This document shows, piece by piece, positions 40,012 through 48,806 of a stretch of DNA of 64,000 bases. Every line of letters begins with the position of its first letter. The stretch's first letter is position 1. Position numbers and translations under genes: made by a program. Source of the DNA: Candidatus Sumerlaeia bacterium (lineage in GTDB: Bacteria; Sumerlaeota; Sumerlaeia; SLMS01; JANRJK01); contig JANRJK010000036.1 in NCBI GenBank assembly GCA_033764015.1, forward strand, positions 224,001-288,000. Direction: 5' to 3'. The notes under the pieces were generated by a model, which searched no databases, was not told where the DNA came from, and worked only from the letters and a program-made list of their open reading frames with translations.

Positions 40012-41625
40012 GTGTACCCCCGCATCCTCCCCGCCCTTATCGCCATCTTCGCCATCCTCGCGCCGGCGTTCGCCCAGCGCGACGCGGCCGGCGGCCCCGA
40101 CCGCACGCTCCGCGTGAACGTCGGCACTCCCCCCGAGACGATCGACACCGCCGTCATGACCGGCATCCCGGAGTCGCGCATCGCGAACTTCCTCCAAGAG
40201 GGCCTGGTTTCGGTCGACGCGGAGTCGAAGCCGCTCGCCGCCGCGGCGGTCGAGTGGGAGCACAACGACGCCTTCACGGAGTGGACCTTCCGCCTCCGCC
40301 CGGGGATGAAGTGGCACAACGGCGATCCGGTGACGGCGCACGACTTCGTCTTCGGTGTCCGCCGCATCCTCGATCCGCGCACGCAGGGCAAGTACGCCGA
40401 CATGGTGACGCGCTTCCTGAAGGGGGGCGCCGACTACTATAAGAACCGCGAGAAGACCTGGGACACGCCGTTCGAGGGCGTCGAGGCGACGGACGACCTG
40501 ACGGTGGTCTACCGGCTCAACTTTCCGGCGCCGTTCTTCCCGACCGTCGTGTCGCACACGAGCTTCTTCCCGCAGAACCGCAAGGTGGTCGAGGCGGGTG
40601 GCCGCGCCTGGGCCAACGATGTGAAGACCTACGTGGGTAACGGCCCCTTCCGCCTGGTGGAGCACCGCCTGCGCGACCGCATGGTGCTGGCGAAGGCGGA
40701 CACGTACTGGGACAAGGACGCGATCTGGATGAACGAGGTCGTGATCCGCATGATCGAGGACGAGAACACGGAGCTGGCGGCGTTCGAGCGCCGCGAGCTG
40801 GACGTGACGAACACGGTGCCGCTGACGGAAGTGCCGCGCCTTAAGCAGACGCCCGAGTGGTTCGTCGGCCCGTACCTCGGCACCTATTATGTGGCGTTCA
40901 ACACGACGAAGGCGCCGTTCGACAACCGCGACGTGCGCATGGCGTTCTCGGCGGCGATCCAGCGCGACGTGATCGTGGAACGCATCACGCGGCGCGGCGA
41001 GCAGCCGGGCTCGGGCATCGTGCCCGCCGGCGTCTACATGCCGGACGGCACGAACTACCGCGAGCGCGCCGGGCGCATGACGCCGGAGTTCAGCGTCGAG
41101 AAGGCGCGCGAGCTGCTCAAGAAGGCTGGCTTCGGCCCGGGCGGGAAGCCCTTCCCCGCGGCGACCTACACCTACAACACGCTCGAAGAGCACAAGATCA
41201 TCGGCGAGCAGCTGCAGAGCATGTGGCGCACGGCGCTCGGCGTGCCGCTCCGGCTCGAGAACGTGGAGTGGAAGGAGAAGCTGCGCCGCGGGCGCGAGCA
41301 GGACTTCCAGCTCATGCGCAACGCGTGGATCGCCGACTACGTCGACCCGATGTCGTTCCTCGAGATCTTCCTCTCGGACGACGGCAACAACGACGGGAAG
41401 TACAACAACCCGAAGTTCGACGAGACGGTCCATGCGGCGGCGCGCGAGACCGATCCGGAGAAGCGTTACCAGCTCTTGATCGAGGCGGAGCGGATCCTGA
41501 TGGACGACGCCGCGGTGGCCCCGATCTACCATTACGTCTCGCCGCGGCTGATCCAGGCGGACGTGAAGGGCATCGTGCAGGCCGGCGTGGGGAATCTGTA
41601 CATGACGAAGGCGCGGCGCGAGTAG
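40012..41625 (+). CDS. oppA: Peptide ABC transporter substrate-binding protein (OppA family)
   Basis: Motifs WTFRLR...WHNGDPVTAHDF, VGNGPF, PFDNRDVR, WIADY.DP.SFL and AERILMDD. No permease genes are adjacent. Confidence 0.9.
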   Translation: MYPRILPALIAIFAILAPAFAQRDAAGGPDRTLRVNVGTPPETIDTAVMTGIPESRIANFLQEGLVSVDAESKPLAAAAVEWEHNDAFTEWTFRLRPGMKWHNGDPVTAHDFVFGVRRILDPRTQGKYADMVTRFLKGGADYYKNREKTWDTPFEGVEATDDLTVVYRLNFPAPFFPTVVSHTSFFPQNRKVVEAGGRAWANDVKTYVGNGPFRLVEHRLRDRMVLAKADTYWDKDAIWMNEVVIRMIEDENTELAAFERRELDVTNTVPLTEVPRLKQTPEWFVGPYLGTYYVAFNTTKAPFDNRDVRMAFSAAIQRDVIVERITRRGEQPGSGIVPAGVYMPDGTNYRERAGRMTPEFSVEKARELLKKAGFGPGGKPFPAATYTYNTLEEHKIIGEQLQSMWRTALGVPLRLENVEWKEKLRRGREQDFQLMRNAWIADYVDPMSFLEIFLSDDGNNDGKYNNPKFDETVHAAARETDPEKRYQLLIEAERILMDDAAVAPIYHYVSPRLIQADVKGIVQAGVGNLYMTKARRE

Positions 41626-41656
41626 CCCCGCACACGTCTCCAAACGAAAGCGAAGA

Positions 41657-41681
41657 GGCTCCGGCGCATGGCGCCGGAGCC
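41657..41681. terminator. Hairpin between convergent genes, probable terminator
   Basis: GGCTCCGGCGC-ATG-GCGCCGGAGCC is a perfect 11-bp inverted repeat. Confidence 0.6.
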
Positions 41682-41713
41682 CCATTCACATCACCCCACT
41701 TCGTCGAGTTGGC

Positions 41714-42484
41714 TTACTCGTATAGCGACCAGGACTCCTGCGCGGCGGCGGGGACGGCCACGAGGCCGTTGCCGTTGCCGGGAGTGAGCGCGTACCCGTC
41801 GAACTTCACATCGAAGGGAAAGCTCTGGCCCACGTCGATCGTGTACGGGCCGGGCGAGGTGCCGCTGATGTTGGCGGCCACCCAACGGGGAACCGATGCG
41901 TCGTAGACGAGCGCCTCGTGCTCGAAGGTGCTTGTCACTTCGCTGAGGTCCGTGAACCCGAGGCTCGCTCCATACCCGGTGTTGGGATTCGCGTCGTCCT
42001 CGATCGTGCCGACCGCATCCAGAACCGCCGTCCAGGGAGTGCTGTCGAGCGTCCCGTTGTCGTCCGTGTCGTAGTCGGTTCCGGTGGACCCGGTGAAGCC
42101 GGTGACGAGGAGGAAGGTTTGGGTGCCGTTTTCAAGGGTACCCGCTCCGAGGAGGTTTGCGACCGTGGTTTGAGCCGCGGCGGCGGGAAGGAGGCCCGTT
42201 GTTCCGTCCCGAAGCAGGAGGAGGCCGTTCGCTCCCGTGGAGAGCGAGGAGAGGTCGATCGCGATGTCGACCACGCCTGCGCCGGGTGCCGTGCCGTCGC
42301 CCTCGATGACGACGAACCAGACGTTCGTGAGAGCCTCGGCACCGCCCGTGGTGCTGAGGATTTCCACGAACTCGAAGCCGTTATCGGTGCTAGGCGGGTT
42401 GTTCATGATTTCGTTCAGCCGGGGAGTCGCCGAAGCGGAGCCCGCGAGAATCGTTGCGAGGGAAAGCAGGATCGCGGTTTTCAT
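41714..42484 (-). CDS. Secreted lamin-tail-like (LTD-like) beta protein with a C-terminal W-motif
   Basis: Signal peptide, RLNEI..NPP..D..FEFVEI, acidic loop DYDTDDNGTLD, ends QESWSLYE. TGATG overlap with the upstream paralog. Confidence 0.7.
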   Translation of the reverse strand: MKTAILLSLATILAGSASATPRLNEIMNNPPSTDNGFEFVEILSTTGGAEALTNVWFVVIEGDGTAPGAGVVDIAIDLSSLSTGANGLLLLRDGTTGLLPAAAAQTTVANLLGAGTLENGTQTFLLVTGFTGSTGTDYDTDDNGTLDSTPWTAVLDAVGTIEDDANPNTGYGASLGFTDLSEVTSTFEHEALVYDASVPRWVAANISGTSPGPYTIDVGQSFPFDVKFDGYALTPGNGNGLVAVPAAAQESWSLYE

Positions 42485-43239
42485 CAGTTCATCGCCTCCC
42501 AGTTTTCAACGGATGTGAACACGTTCAGCGAGCCCGGCGTCATCACGTGGCCGTCGTACTTCGCGTTGAACGGGTTGCTCTGGTTTGTGTTCACCGTGAA
42601 GGGGCCGGGGACGCCGCCGGAGATGTTCACACCGATCCACTGGGAGAGCACGGCGTCGTAGATCATCCCCTCGTGCTCGAAGCCACCGACGTTTTCGTCG
42701 AGGTTGGTGAAGCCGAAGTCGTCCGCGTAGCCGAAGTTCCCCGCTCCATCGTTCTCGATGTTGCCGAGGGCGTCGACGACCGCCGTCCAGGGCGTGGAGT
42801 CGATTGTTCCATCGTCGTTGGTATCGAGATCGTTGCCCGCGGCGCCGCTGAAACCGGTGACGACCAGGAAGGTGAGCGATCCGTTCTCGAGCTGCGCTGC
42901 GGTGAACACCGTGGAGGAGTTGGTCCCCGCATCCGCCGCCGGGTTGAGCGCGGCTCCGGTGCCGTCGCGAAGGAGGAGGAGGCCGCTGGCGCCGCTGCCG
43001 AGCGCGTTCAGGTTGACGGCGATGTCGATCACGCCGGGCGCGGAGCTGTCGCCTTCGAGGACAAGAAGTGTGTGGTTGGTGAAGGTCTCGGCGCCGCCGG
43101 TCGTGCTGCGGATCTCGACGAATTCGCCATTGTCGTCGGTGCTGGCGGGATTGACTAGGACTTCATTGAGGCGGGGTGCCGCCGCCGCCGTGCCGCAGAT
43201 CGCGCAGAGCGCGGCGGCGGTCAGGATCGAGTGCTTCAT
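42484..43239 (-). CDS. Secreted LTD-like paralog with a C-terminal W-motif
   Basis: Signal peptide MKHSILTAAAL..., RLNEV..NP..D..EFVEI, DLDTNDDGTID, ends SVENWEAMN. Colinear with 41714-42484. Confidence 0.7.
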   Translation of the reverse strand: MKHSILTAAALCAICGTAAAAPRLNEVLVNPASTDDNGEFVEIRSTTGGAETFTNHTLLVLEGDSSAPGVIDIAVNLNALGSGASGLLLLRDGTGAALNPAADAGTNSSTVFTAAQLENGSLTFLVVTGFSGAAGNDLDTNDDGTIDSTPWTAVVDALGNIENDGAGNFGYADDFGFTNLDENVGGFEHEGMIYDAVLSQWIGVNISGGVPGPFTVNTNQSNPFNAKYDGHVMTPGSLNVFTSVENWEAMN

Positions 43240-43265
43240 CTTCGGGGTTCCTCTGAGGGGGTGCT

Positions 43266-43928
43266 TCAGTCGTTGATGCGCCCGAACCGCTGGCCGTTCA
43301 CGAAGTAGTTTCCGACGTTGAGCGAGCCGCCAGCGCGGTAGATGTCGCCGTCGCTGATGGTGCCATTGCTGGGATCGTAGGTGAGGAGGCGCGCGCCGCC
43401 GCCTCCTCCGTATGGCCACTCGTCGGACCCCTGCGTGTCGTCCGCCTGGTCGGCGGGTGCGACGTCGGTGCCGACGGAGATGAGTAGCCATGATTGCTGG
43501 ACCGGGACGCCTTGGCTGCCGTAGTTGCCGAAGCGCCCGCGCCACCCCTGGTTGTCCGATCCGGAGCCGAGCGCGAAGTTCTTGGCGAAGCGGCTGTTCG
43601 GATCGGAGGCCTGCTCGGCGCTGACCGCCGACTGGAACGGGTCCTCCGGCAGCGTCGTCAGATACGCGATGGGCGACGTGAGGAGGGCGAGCCCCCCCGC
43701 GCCGTTCTTCCCCAGCGTGTTGTCCGAATCGTTGACGTACCGGTTGTAGTCGGTGAAGTAGGACTCGAGTCCGGTCGCGATGGTCCGCAGGTCGGCCTTC
43801 ACCCGCGAAACCTTGCTTCTGGTTTGCGCCGCCAGGAAGTTGGGAACGGCGATCGCCGCGAGGATCGCGATGATCGCTACGACAATCAACAGCTCAATGA
43901 GCGTGAACGCTCCGTCGCGACGCTTCAT
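43266..43928 (-). CDS. Type IV pilin / T2SS pseudopilin-like protein (class III signal)
   Basis: GA|FTLIELLIVVAIIAILAAIAVPNF N-methylation motif, plus LTSPIAYL..LP.DPF, WLLISVG.D and YDPSNGTISDGD. Confidence 0.9.
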   Translation of the reverse strand: MKRRDGAFTLIELLIVVAIIAILAAIAVPNFLAAQTRSKVSRVKADLRTIATGLESYFTDYNRYVNDSDNTLGKNGAGGLALLTSPIAYLTTLPEDPFQSAVSAEQASDPNSRFAKNFALGSGSDNQGWRGRFGNYGSQGVPVQQSWLLISVGTDVAPADQADDTQGSDEWPYGGGGGARLLTYDPSNGTISDGDIYRAGGSLNVGNYFVNGQRFGRIND

Positions 43929-44094
43929 ACGCAGCGGGCTCCGGGGAGGGGTGACAGAGGGCTTCACGGCGCCATCGCCGGAGCACAACGGGGCATTCCC
44001 GCGGTCGCCGGTATAAAGCGATTCAGCGCGGCCGGGGGATCCAGCGGTCAGGACGTCGGCGCTGTACCGTTGACGGCCCCGAGGGGGGGCCGCG

Positions 44095-45207
44095 ATGCTG
44101 GCGGGCATGGACGCGACGCAGACCCCCGAATCGGAAATCCTCACGCTCGACCGGCCCGTTCCGCCGCTGCGGATCGGGCCGTGGTCGTTCTGGCCCCCGG
44201 TGTTTCCCGCGCCGATGTGCGGCATCAGCGACCGCGCCTGGCGCCAGTTCGGCCGCGAGATGGGATGCCCGCTGGTCTACACGCAGATGGTGAGCGCGGA
44301 GGCGATGACGCGCTCGGGGCGGGACAAGTCGTGGTCGATCCTCGACATGTTCGTGGAGGAGCCGCCCGTGTGCGCGCAGCTCTTCGGCGGCGAGCCGGAT
44401 GCGCTGGCGGACTCCGCGGCGGCGCTGGAGCGCGCGGGCGCCTCGATCATCGACCTGAACATGGGCTGCCCGGTGAACAAGGTGGTGAAGGCGAACGGCG
44501 GCGCGGCGCTGATGCGGCAGCCGGAGCTGGTGCGCGAGATCTTCGCGCGCATCCGCGCCGCCATCAAGGTGCCCTTCACGGTGAAGTTCCGCGCCGGCTG
44601 GGAGACTTTCGGCGACGAGGCGTTCGCCATCGCCCGGCTCGCGGAGCAGGAGGGCCTCGACGCCGTCTGCATCCACGCGCGCACCCGCGAGCAGAAGTTC
44701 AAGGGCGCGGCGGACTGGTCGATCCTCTCCGCGGTGAAGCGCGAGACGCGCCTGCCGGTGATCGGCAACGGCGACGTGAAGGACGCCGCTTCCGCGGTGC
44801 GCATGGTGCGCGAGCACGGGGTGGACGGAGTGATGGTGGGGCGCGCGGCGATGGGCAACCCGTGGGTGCTGCGCGAGATCGCCGCCGCGCTGCGCGGCGA
44901 GCCGGTCCCGGAGCCGCCTTCGATCGACGAGCGCCTCGATATGGTGCGCCGCCACGCGCGCATCATGGCGATGCGCAAGGGGGAGCACCGCGGGCTGATC
45001 GAGTTCCGCAAGCACGTGGTGCAGTACTTCCGCGCCTTCCCCTACGCGCGCGACCTGAAGACGAAGCTGGTCGCCGCGCCGACGCTGGCGGAGTACGAGC
45101 GCATCCTGGACCGGGGGCGCGAGTTGATCGAGGAGTACGCCGCGCGCGCCGCGGAGGAAGGACCGTCCGCGGAGGGCGACGCCGCCGAGGATTGCGGCTG
45201 CGAGTAG
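44095..45207 (+). CDS. dusB: tRNA-dihydrouridine synthase (DusB-like)
   Basis: Motifs APMCG, QLFG, IDLNMGCP, IHAR, VIGNGD and VMVGRAAMGNPW. The start may instead be 44107. Confidence 0.92.
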   Translation: MLAGMDATQTPESEILTLDRPVPPLRIGPWSFWPPVFPAPMCGISDRAWRQFGREMGCPLVYTQMVSAEAMTRSGRDKSWSILDMFVEEPPVCAQLFGGEPDALADSAAALERAGASIIDLNMGCPVNKVVKANGGAALMRQPELVREIFARIRAAIKVPFTVKFRAGWETFGDEAFAIARLAEQEGLDAVCIHARTREQKFKGAADWSILSAVKRETRLPVIGNGDVKDAASAVRMVREHGVDGVMVGRAAMGNPWVLREIAAALRGEPVPEPPSIDERLDMVRRHARIMAMRKGEHRGLIEFRKHVVQYFRAFPYARDLKTKLVAAPTLAEYERILDRGRELIEEYAARAAEEGPSAEGDAAEDCGCE

Positions 45208-45219
45208 CGGCGGCGCGCC

Positions 45220-46941
45220 TCAGCCCCGCGGCGGCTGGACCTTCGACGGATCCACCGGCGGGCTGTAGTCGTTCAGTTCGCGAGCCATGAACGAGTAGAG
45301 CCCTTCGGTCTTCTTGCGGTAGGCTTCGCGCTCGAGGTCCTTGTTGTGCTTCGCGCGCTCCTCGTCGGCGCGGCGGACCACTTCGGTGACGTACGCGTTG
45401 TAGCCGAGATCCTTCTGGCGGATCGAGAAGCCCGGCTTGGCGGCGACCGCTTCGAGCGCCTGGCGCAGCGGCGCAGCGCGCAGCGGCAGCTCGATGAGCT
45501 TGTTCCCCGAGAGCCGCATCGCCGCGTTCGCATCCGCCGGTGTCGTGTGGTAGCCCGTGAGGTACACCAGCTCCGTGTGGGAGAGGCGGGCGGACTCGCG
45601 GAGGATCTTGCCCAGCTCCACGCCGGAGTACTTCGCGCCGCGGACGCCGAGCACGACGATGTCGGGCTGGAAGCGGACGATGAGCTCGACCGCTTCGACG
45701 GGATCTTCGAGGGGGAGGAACTCGGCGAGACCGCGGGTCGCCTCCGCGGCGATCGGGAGCCAGTCGGGGGCTTCGACCAGCACGAGGACGCGGGGCCGGG
45801 GCGCTTCCGCGGCGGGGCCGAGCTGTCCCATGCCGCGAGTGCGGCGCTGGCGGATGAGCTCGCGCGCGTCGCTTTGCGTTTCGGCGGAACCGGGCGTCGG
45901 TGCCGCGGGGCGCGCGGGAGGCGGAGGCGCGGTCGGGCGCAATTCACCCGCCGGTCGCGCCAGCGGGGGCGTCGCCGGGGGGGCGAGCGGTGGCGGAGGC
46001 GCGGTTGGGAAGATCGTCGTGCGCGGCAGCGGTTCCGGCGCCTTGGGCGCCGCATCGCGCGCGGAAGGGCGCAGCGGTGCCACGTCGCGAGCCAGCTCGG
46101 GAAGCTTCGGCAGGCTCTTCGAGTCGGTGACGCCGGGCACGCGCGAGTCGGACGGGCGGGGCGTGTGGACTTCGGGGCGCTCGACGAACTCGGAGGATGT
46201 CGAGACAGGGCGCCCCGCGCTCGGGACGTAGGGCTGCGCCTGTGGCTTGTAGGAGAACTCGCCGGAGGCGTGGTCGCGCTCCGGTTCGAGCGGCTTGGGG
46301 CGCGCCGGCGGCTCCGCGGGTGCGTGGGCGGCGGCCTCGCCGGGCATCTTGCCGAAGATCCGCCGGCGCCGGCCGGTGTCGGCGGGGCGCTCGGTGGCGG
46401 GAAGCGACTCGGGATGCTCCGTGGGGGCGAGGATGCCGTCCAGGCGGATCTCGGTGGTCCGGCGGAGCTCTTCTTCGGAGGTGTCCTGCTGGGATCCGGC
46501 GCGGCGCAGCGGCGTGGCGTCGATGCGTTCGAGTTCGCGGAGGGTGAAGAGCTTCATGCTGGGCGGGATGCGGCGGTCGAAGAGGAATCCGCGGATCCGT
46601 CCGACCACGTCCTGCGTATCGAAGGGTTTCTCGATGAAGCCGCTGGCGCCGGAGCGCTCGGCCTCCTCGCGGAAGGCTTCGCTGCTGGCGGCGCTGAGGA
46701 AGAAGACGGGGAGTGCGCCTCCTTCTTCGCGACGGCGGATCGTCTGGCAGCAGGCGAAGCCGTTCATCACCGGCATCATGATATCGAGGAGGAGCAGGTC
46801 GGGCTCGTAGCGTTCGTACTTCTCCAGCGCGTCGAGGCCGTTGCTCGCCTGGACGATCTCGAAGTCCTTCGAGAGGAGGGCGGAGACCACGAAGCGCACG
46901 TCGGCGTCGTCATCGACGACCATGATCCGGTACTTCGACAC
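45220..46941 (-). CDS. Response regulator: N-terminal receiver, long Pro-rich linker and C-terminal pseudo-receiver
   Basis: GTG after AGGAGAG. The first receiver has IMVVDDD, LLLDIMMP and FIEKPF. The second REC-like domain (FQPDIVVLG) has Gly in place of the phospho-Asp. Confidence 0.8.
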   Translation of the reverse strand: MSKYRIMVVDDDADVRFVVSALLSKDFEIVQASNGLDALEKYERYEPDLLLLDIMMPVMNGFACCQTIRRREEGGALPVFFLSAASSEAFREEAERSGASGFIEKPFDTQDVVGRIRGFLFDRRIPPSMKLFTLRELERIDATPLRRAGSQQDTSEEELRRTTEIRLDGILAPTEHPESLPATERPADTGRRRRIFGKMPGEAAAHAPAEPPARPKPLEPERDHASGEFSYKPQAQPYVPSAGRPVSTSSEFVERPEVHTPRPSDSRVPGVTDSKSLPKLPELARDVAPLRPSARDAAPKAPEPLPRTTIFPTAPPPPLAPPATPPLARPAGELRPTAPPPPARPAAPTPGSAETQSDARELIRQRRTRGMGQLGPAAEAPRPRVLVLVEAPDWLPIAAEATRGLAEFLPLEDPVEAVELIVRFQPDIVVLGVRGAKYSGVELGKILRESARLSHTELVYLTGYHTTPADANAAMRLSGNKLIELPLRAAPLRQALEAVAAKPGFSIRQKDLGYNAYVTEVVRRADEERAKHNKDLEREAYRKKTEGLYSFMARELNDYSPPVDPSKVQPPRG

Positions 46942-47017
46942 GGGGCACTCTCCTGCGTTGGTGCTCCAAGTGTTACTCCCGGCGCGCCGCCTCGGACAAC
47001 GGGAACATTCCGCATCC

Positions 47018-47033
47018 CGGCGTTGTGCTTGCC
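47018..47033 (+). promoter_or_regulatory. Possible sigma-54 -24/-12 element upstream of the sigma-54 activator
   Basis: CGGCGTTGTGCTTGC fits GG-N10-GC with TTGC at -12. This is weak evidence in GC-rich DNA. Confidence 0.25.
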
Positions 47034-47129
47034 TTACCGGCGGCGGGGAAGGCTCAATCGAAAGCTCAAATCCGCCGCAGTGGCCTAGGGCCGAATTCCT
47101 CCCGCCCGCCACGCTGGAGCAGCCACAAC

Positions 47130-48599
47130 GTGCCGTTGATCGCGATCATCGATGACGAACCCATCGTGGTTGGCGCCGCCGCATCGATTGTACGCCGGTT
47201 GGGACACGAGACGGTCACCGGCGGCACCATCGCCGATGCGCAGCGCATCGTGCGCGAGCGGCGACCCGACATCCTGCTGCTCGATATGCACCTGCCGGAC
47301 GGCGAGGCGGACGAGGCGGTGGCGCGGCTGAAGATGATGCAGCCTTCGCTGCGCATCATCCTGTTCTCCGGGGATCTGGAGCTGGAGACCTCCTCGCGCG
47401 CCGTGAAGGCGGGGGCTTTCGAGTACCTCACCAAGCCGTTCACCTTCGATTCGATGTCGACGGCGCTTTCCGACGCGCTGGGGCCGGGGCCGCAGGGCGC
47501 GCCGGTCGCGTCGGACGCGGCGGTGGTCCATGTCGCGGCGCGCCGCCTGCTGGGACAGAGCCCCGAGATCTGCCTCGCCAACCTGCTGCTGGAGCGCTTC
47601 GCGAAGACGCCGGAGACGCCGATCCTGATCACCGGGGAGAGCGGCACCGGCAAGGAAGTGGCCGCCGCGGCGGTCCACAACCTGAGCAAGCGGCGCGAGA
47701 AGCCCTTCATAAAGCTGAACTGCGCCGCGATCCCCCGCTCGCTGATGGAAGCGGAGCTGTTCGGCCACGAGCGCGGGTCCTTCACCGACGCCAAGGCGAC
47801 CAGGCTCGGCGTCTTCGAAGCGGCGCACGGCGGGACGCTGTTCCTCGACGAGGTCGGCGAGCTCGACATCGAGCTGCAGCCGAAGCTGCTCCGCGTGCTG
47901 GAGGAGAAGATCGTGCACCGGGTCGGCGGAGGGCCGGGGCGGGCCGTCGATGTGCGCGTGGTCGCGGCGACCAACCGGAACCTGGCGGAGCTGTGCCGCG
48001 CCGGCCGCTTCCGCGAGGACCTCTACTTCCGCCTCGCGGTGCTCCACATCGAACTGACGCCGCTCCGCAGCCGCCGGGAGGACATCCCGCTGCTCGCGGA
48101 GCACTTCCTGCGCGAGCGCTCGCAGGCCCTGGGCCGCGTCTTCACTGCGATCAGCCCGCCGACGATGCGCATGTTCATCGACTACGAATGGCCCGGGAAC
48201 GTCCGCGAGATGCGGAACCTGCTCGAGCGCCTGGTGATCCTTTCGCCGAAGCAGGGTGTGCTCGATATCGGCGAGGACGAGTGGCGGCGGAACCTGTTCG
48301 GCTTCGGCCGCGGGAACGGAACGGCGCCCAGGCCGGACCCCGCGCCGGGCCGCACCACGCCGCAGGCCCCGCACTTCAGCGCTCCCGCGCCGGTGCCGGA
48401 CTCCGTGCCCACGACGCCCTACCTCTCCACCGCCCGGCCGAACGAGCTCCTCCCCCTGGACGAGGCGGAGAAGCGCTACATCCTCGAAGTGATCGCGCGC
48501 ATGGGGAACAACAAGACCGCCGCGGCGAAGGTGCTCGGCATCGCGCGTTCGACGCTTAACCGGAAGCTGGCCGCGTACGGCTTGAGCGTGGAGGACTGA
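47130..48599 (+). CDS. NtrC-family sigma-54-dependent response regulator
   Basis: Receiver (IIDDE, LLDMHLP), AAA+ motifs GESGTGKE, GSFTDA (GAFTGA variant), LFLDEVGE, FREDLYFRL and WPGNVRE, and a Fis-type HTH. Confidence 0.95.
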   Translation: MPLIAIIDDEPIVVGAAASIVRRLGHETVTGGTIADAQRIVRERRPDILLLDMHLPDGEADEAVARLKMMQPSLRIILFSGDLELETSSRAVKAGAFEYLTKPFTFDSMSTALSDALGPGPQGAPVASDAAVVHVAARRLLGQSPEICLANLLLERFAKTPETPILITGESGTGKEVAAAAVHNLSKRREKPFIKLNCAAIPRSLMEAELFGHERGSFTDAKATRLGVFEAAHGGTLFLDEVGELDIELQPKLLRVLEEKIVHRVGGGPGRAVDVRVVAATNRNLAELCRAGRFREDLYFRLAVLHIELTPLRSRREDIPLLAEHFLRERSQALGRVFTAISPPTMRMFIDYEWPGNVREMRNLLERLVILSPKQGVLDIGEDEWRRNLFGFGRGNGTAPRPDPAPGRTTPQAPHFSAPAPVPDSVPTTPYLSTARPNELLPLDEAEKRYILEVIARMGNNKTAAAKVLGIARSTLNRKLAAYGLSVED

Positions 48600-48806
48600 A
48601 GGAGACGACCGCGAACCCCGCGGTCGCGCCCACCAGACCCGGAAGTCCGTTTTCCGGAGTGCGGCACTGCGCCGAGGCCGCGGACTCGGGGCCGGAAGAT
48701 CGGCGCGCGGGCGCGGCGACCGCCGACCGCCACGCGGGTTCGGAGGCGTTCGTCGCGGCGGACAAGGTGATCGACTACTGAGCGGCGGCGGGGAGCGGGC
48801 GCCGCG

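Noticed and set aside
47760..47800. GSFTDA instead of GAFTGA in the sigma-54 activator as a sign of sigma-54 independence
   Set aside because: The key F-T residues are retained, and such variants are common in functional enhancer-binding proteins.
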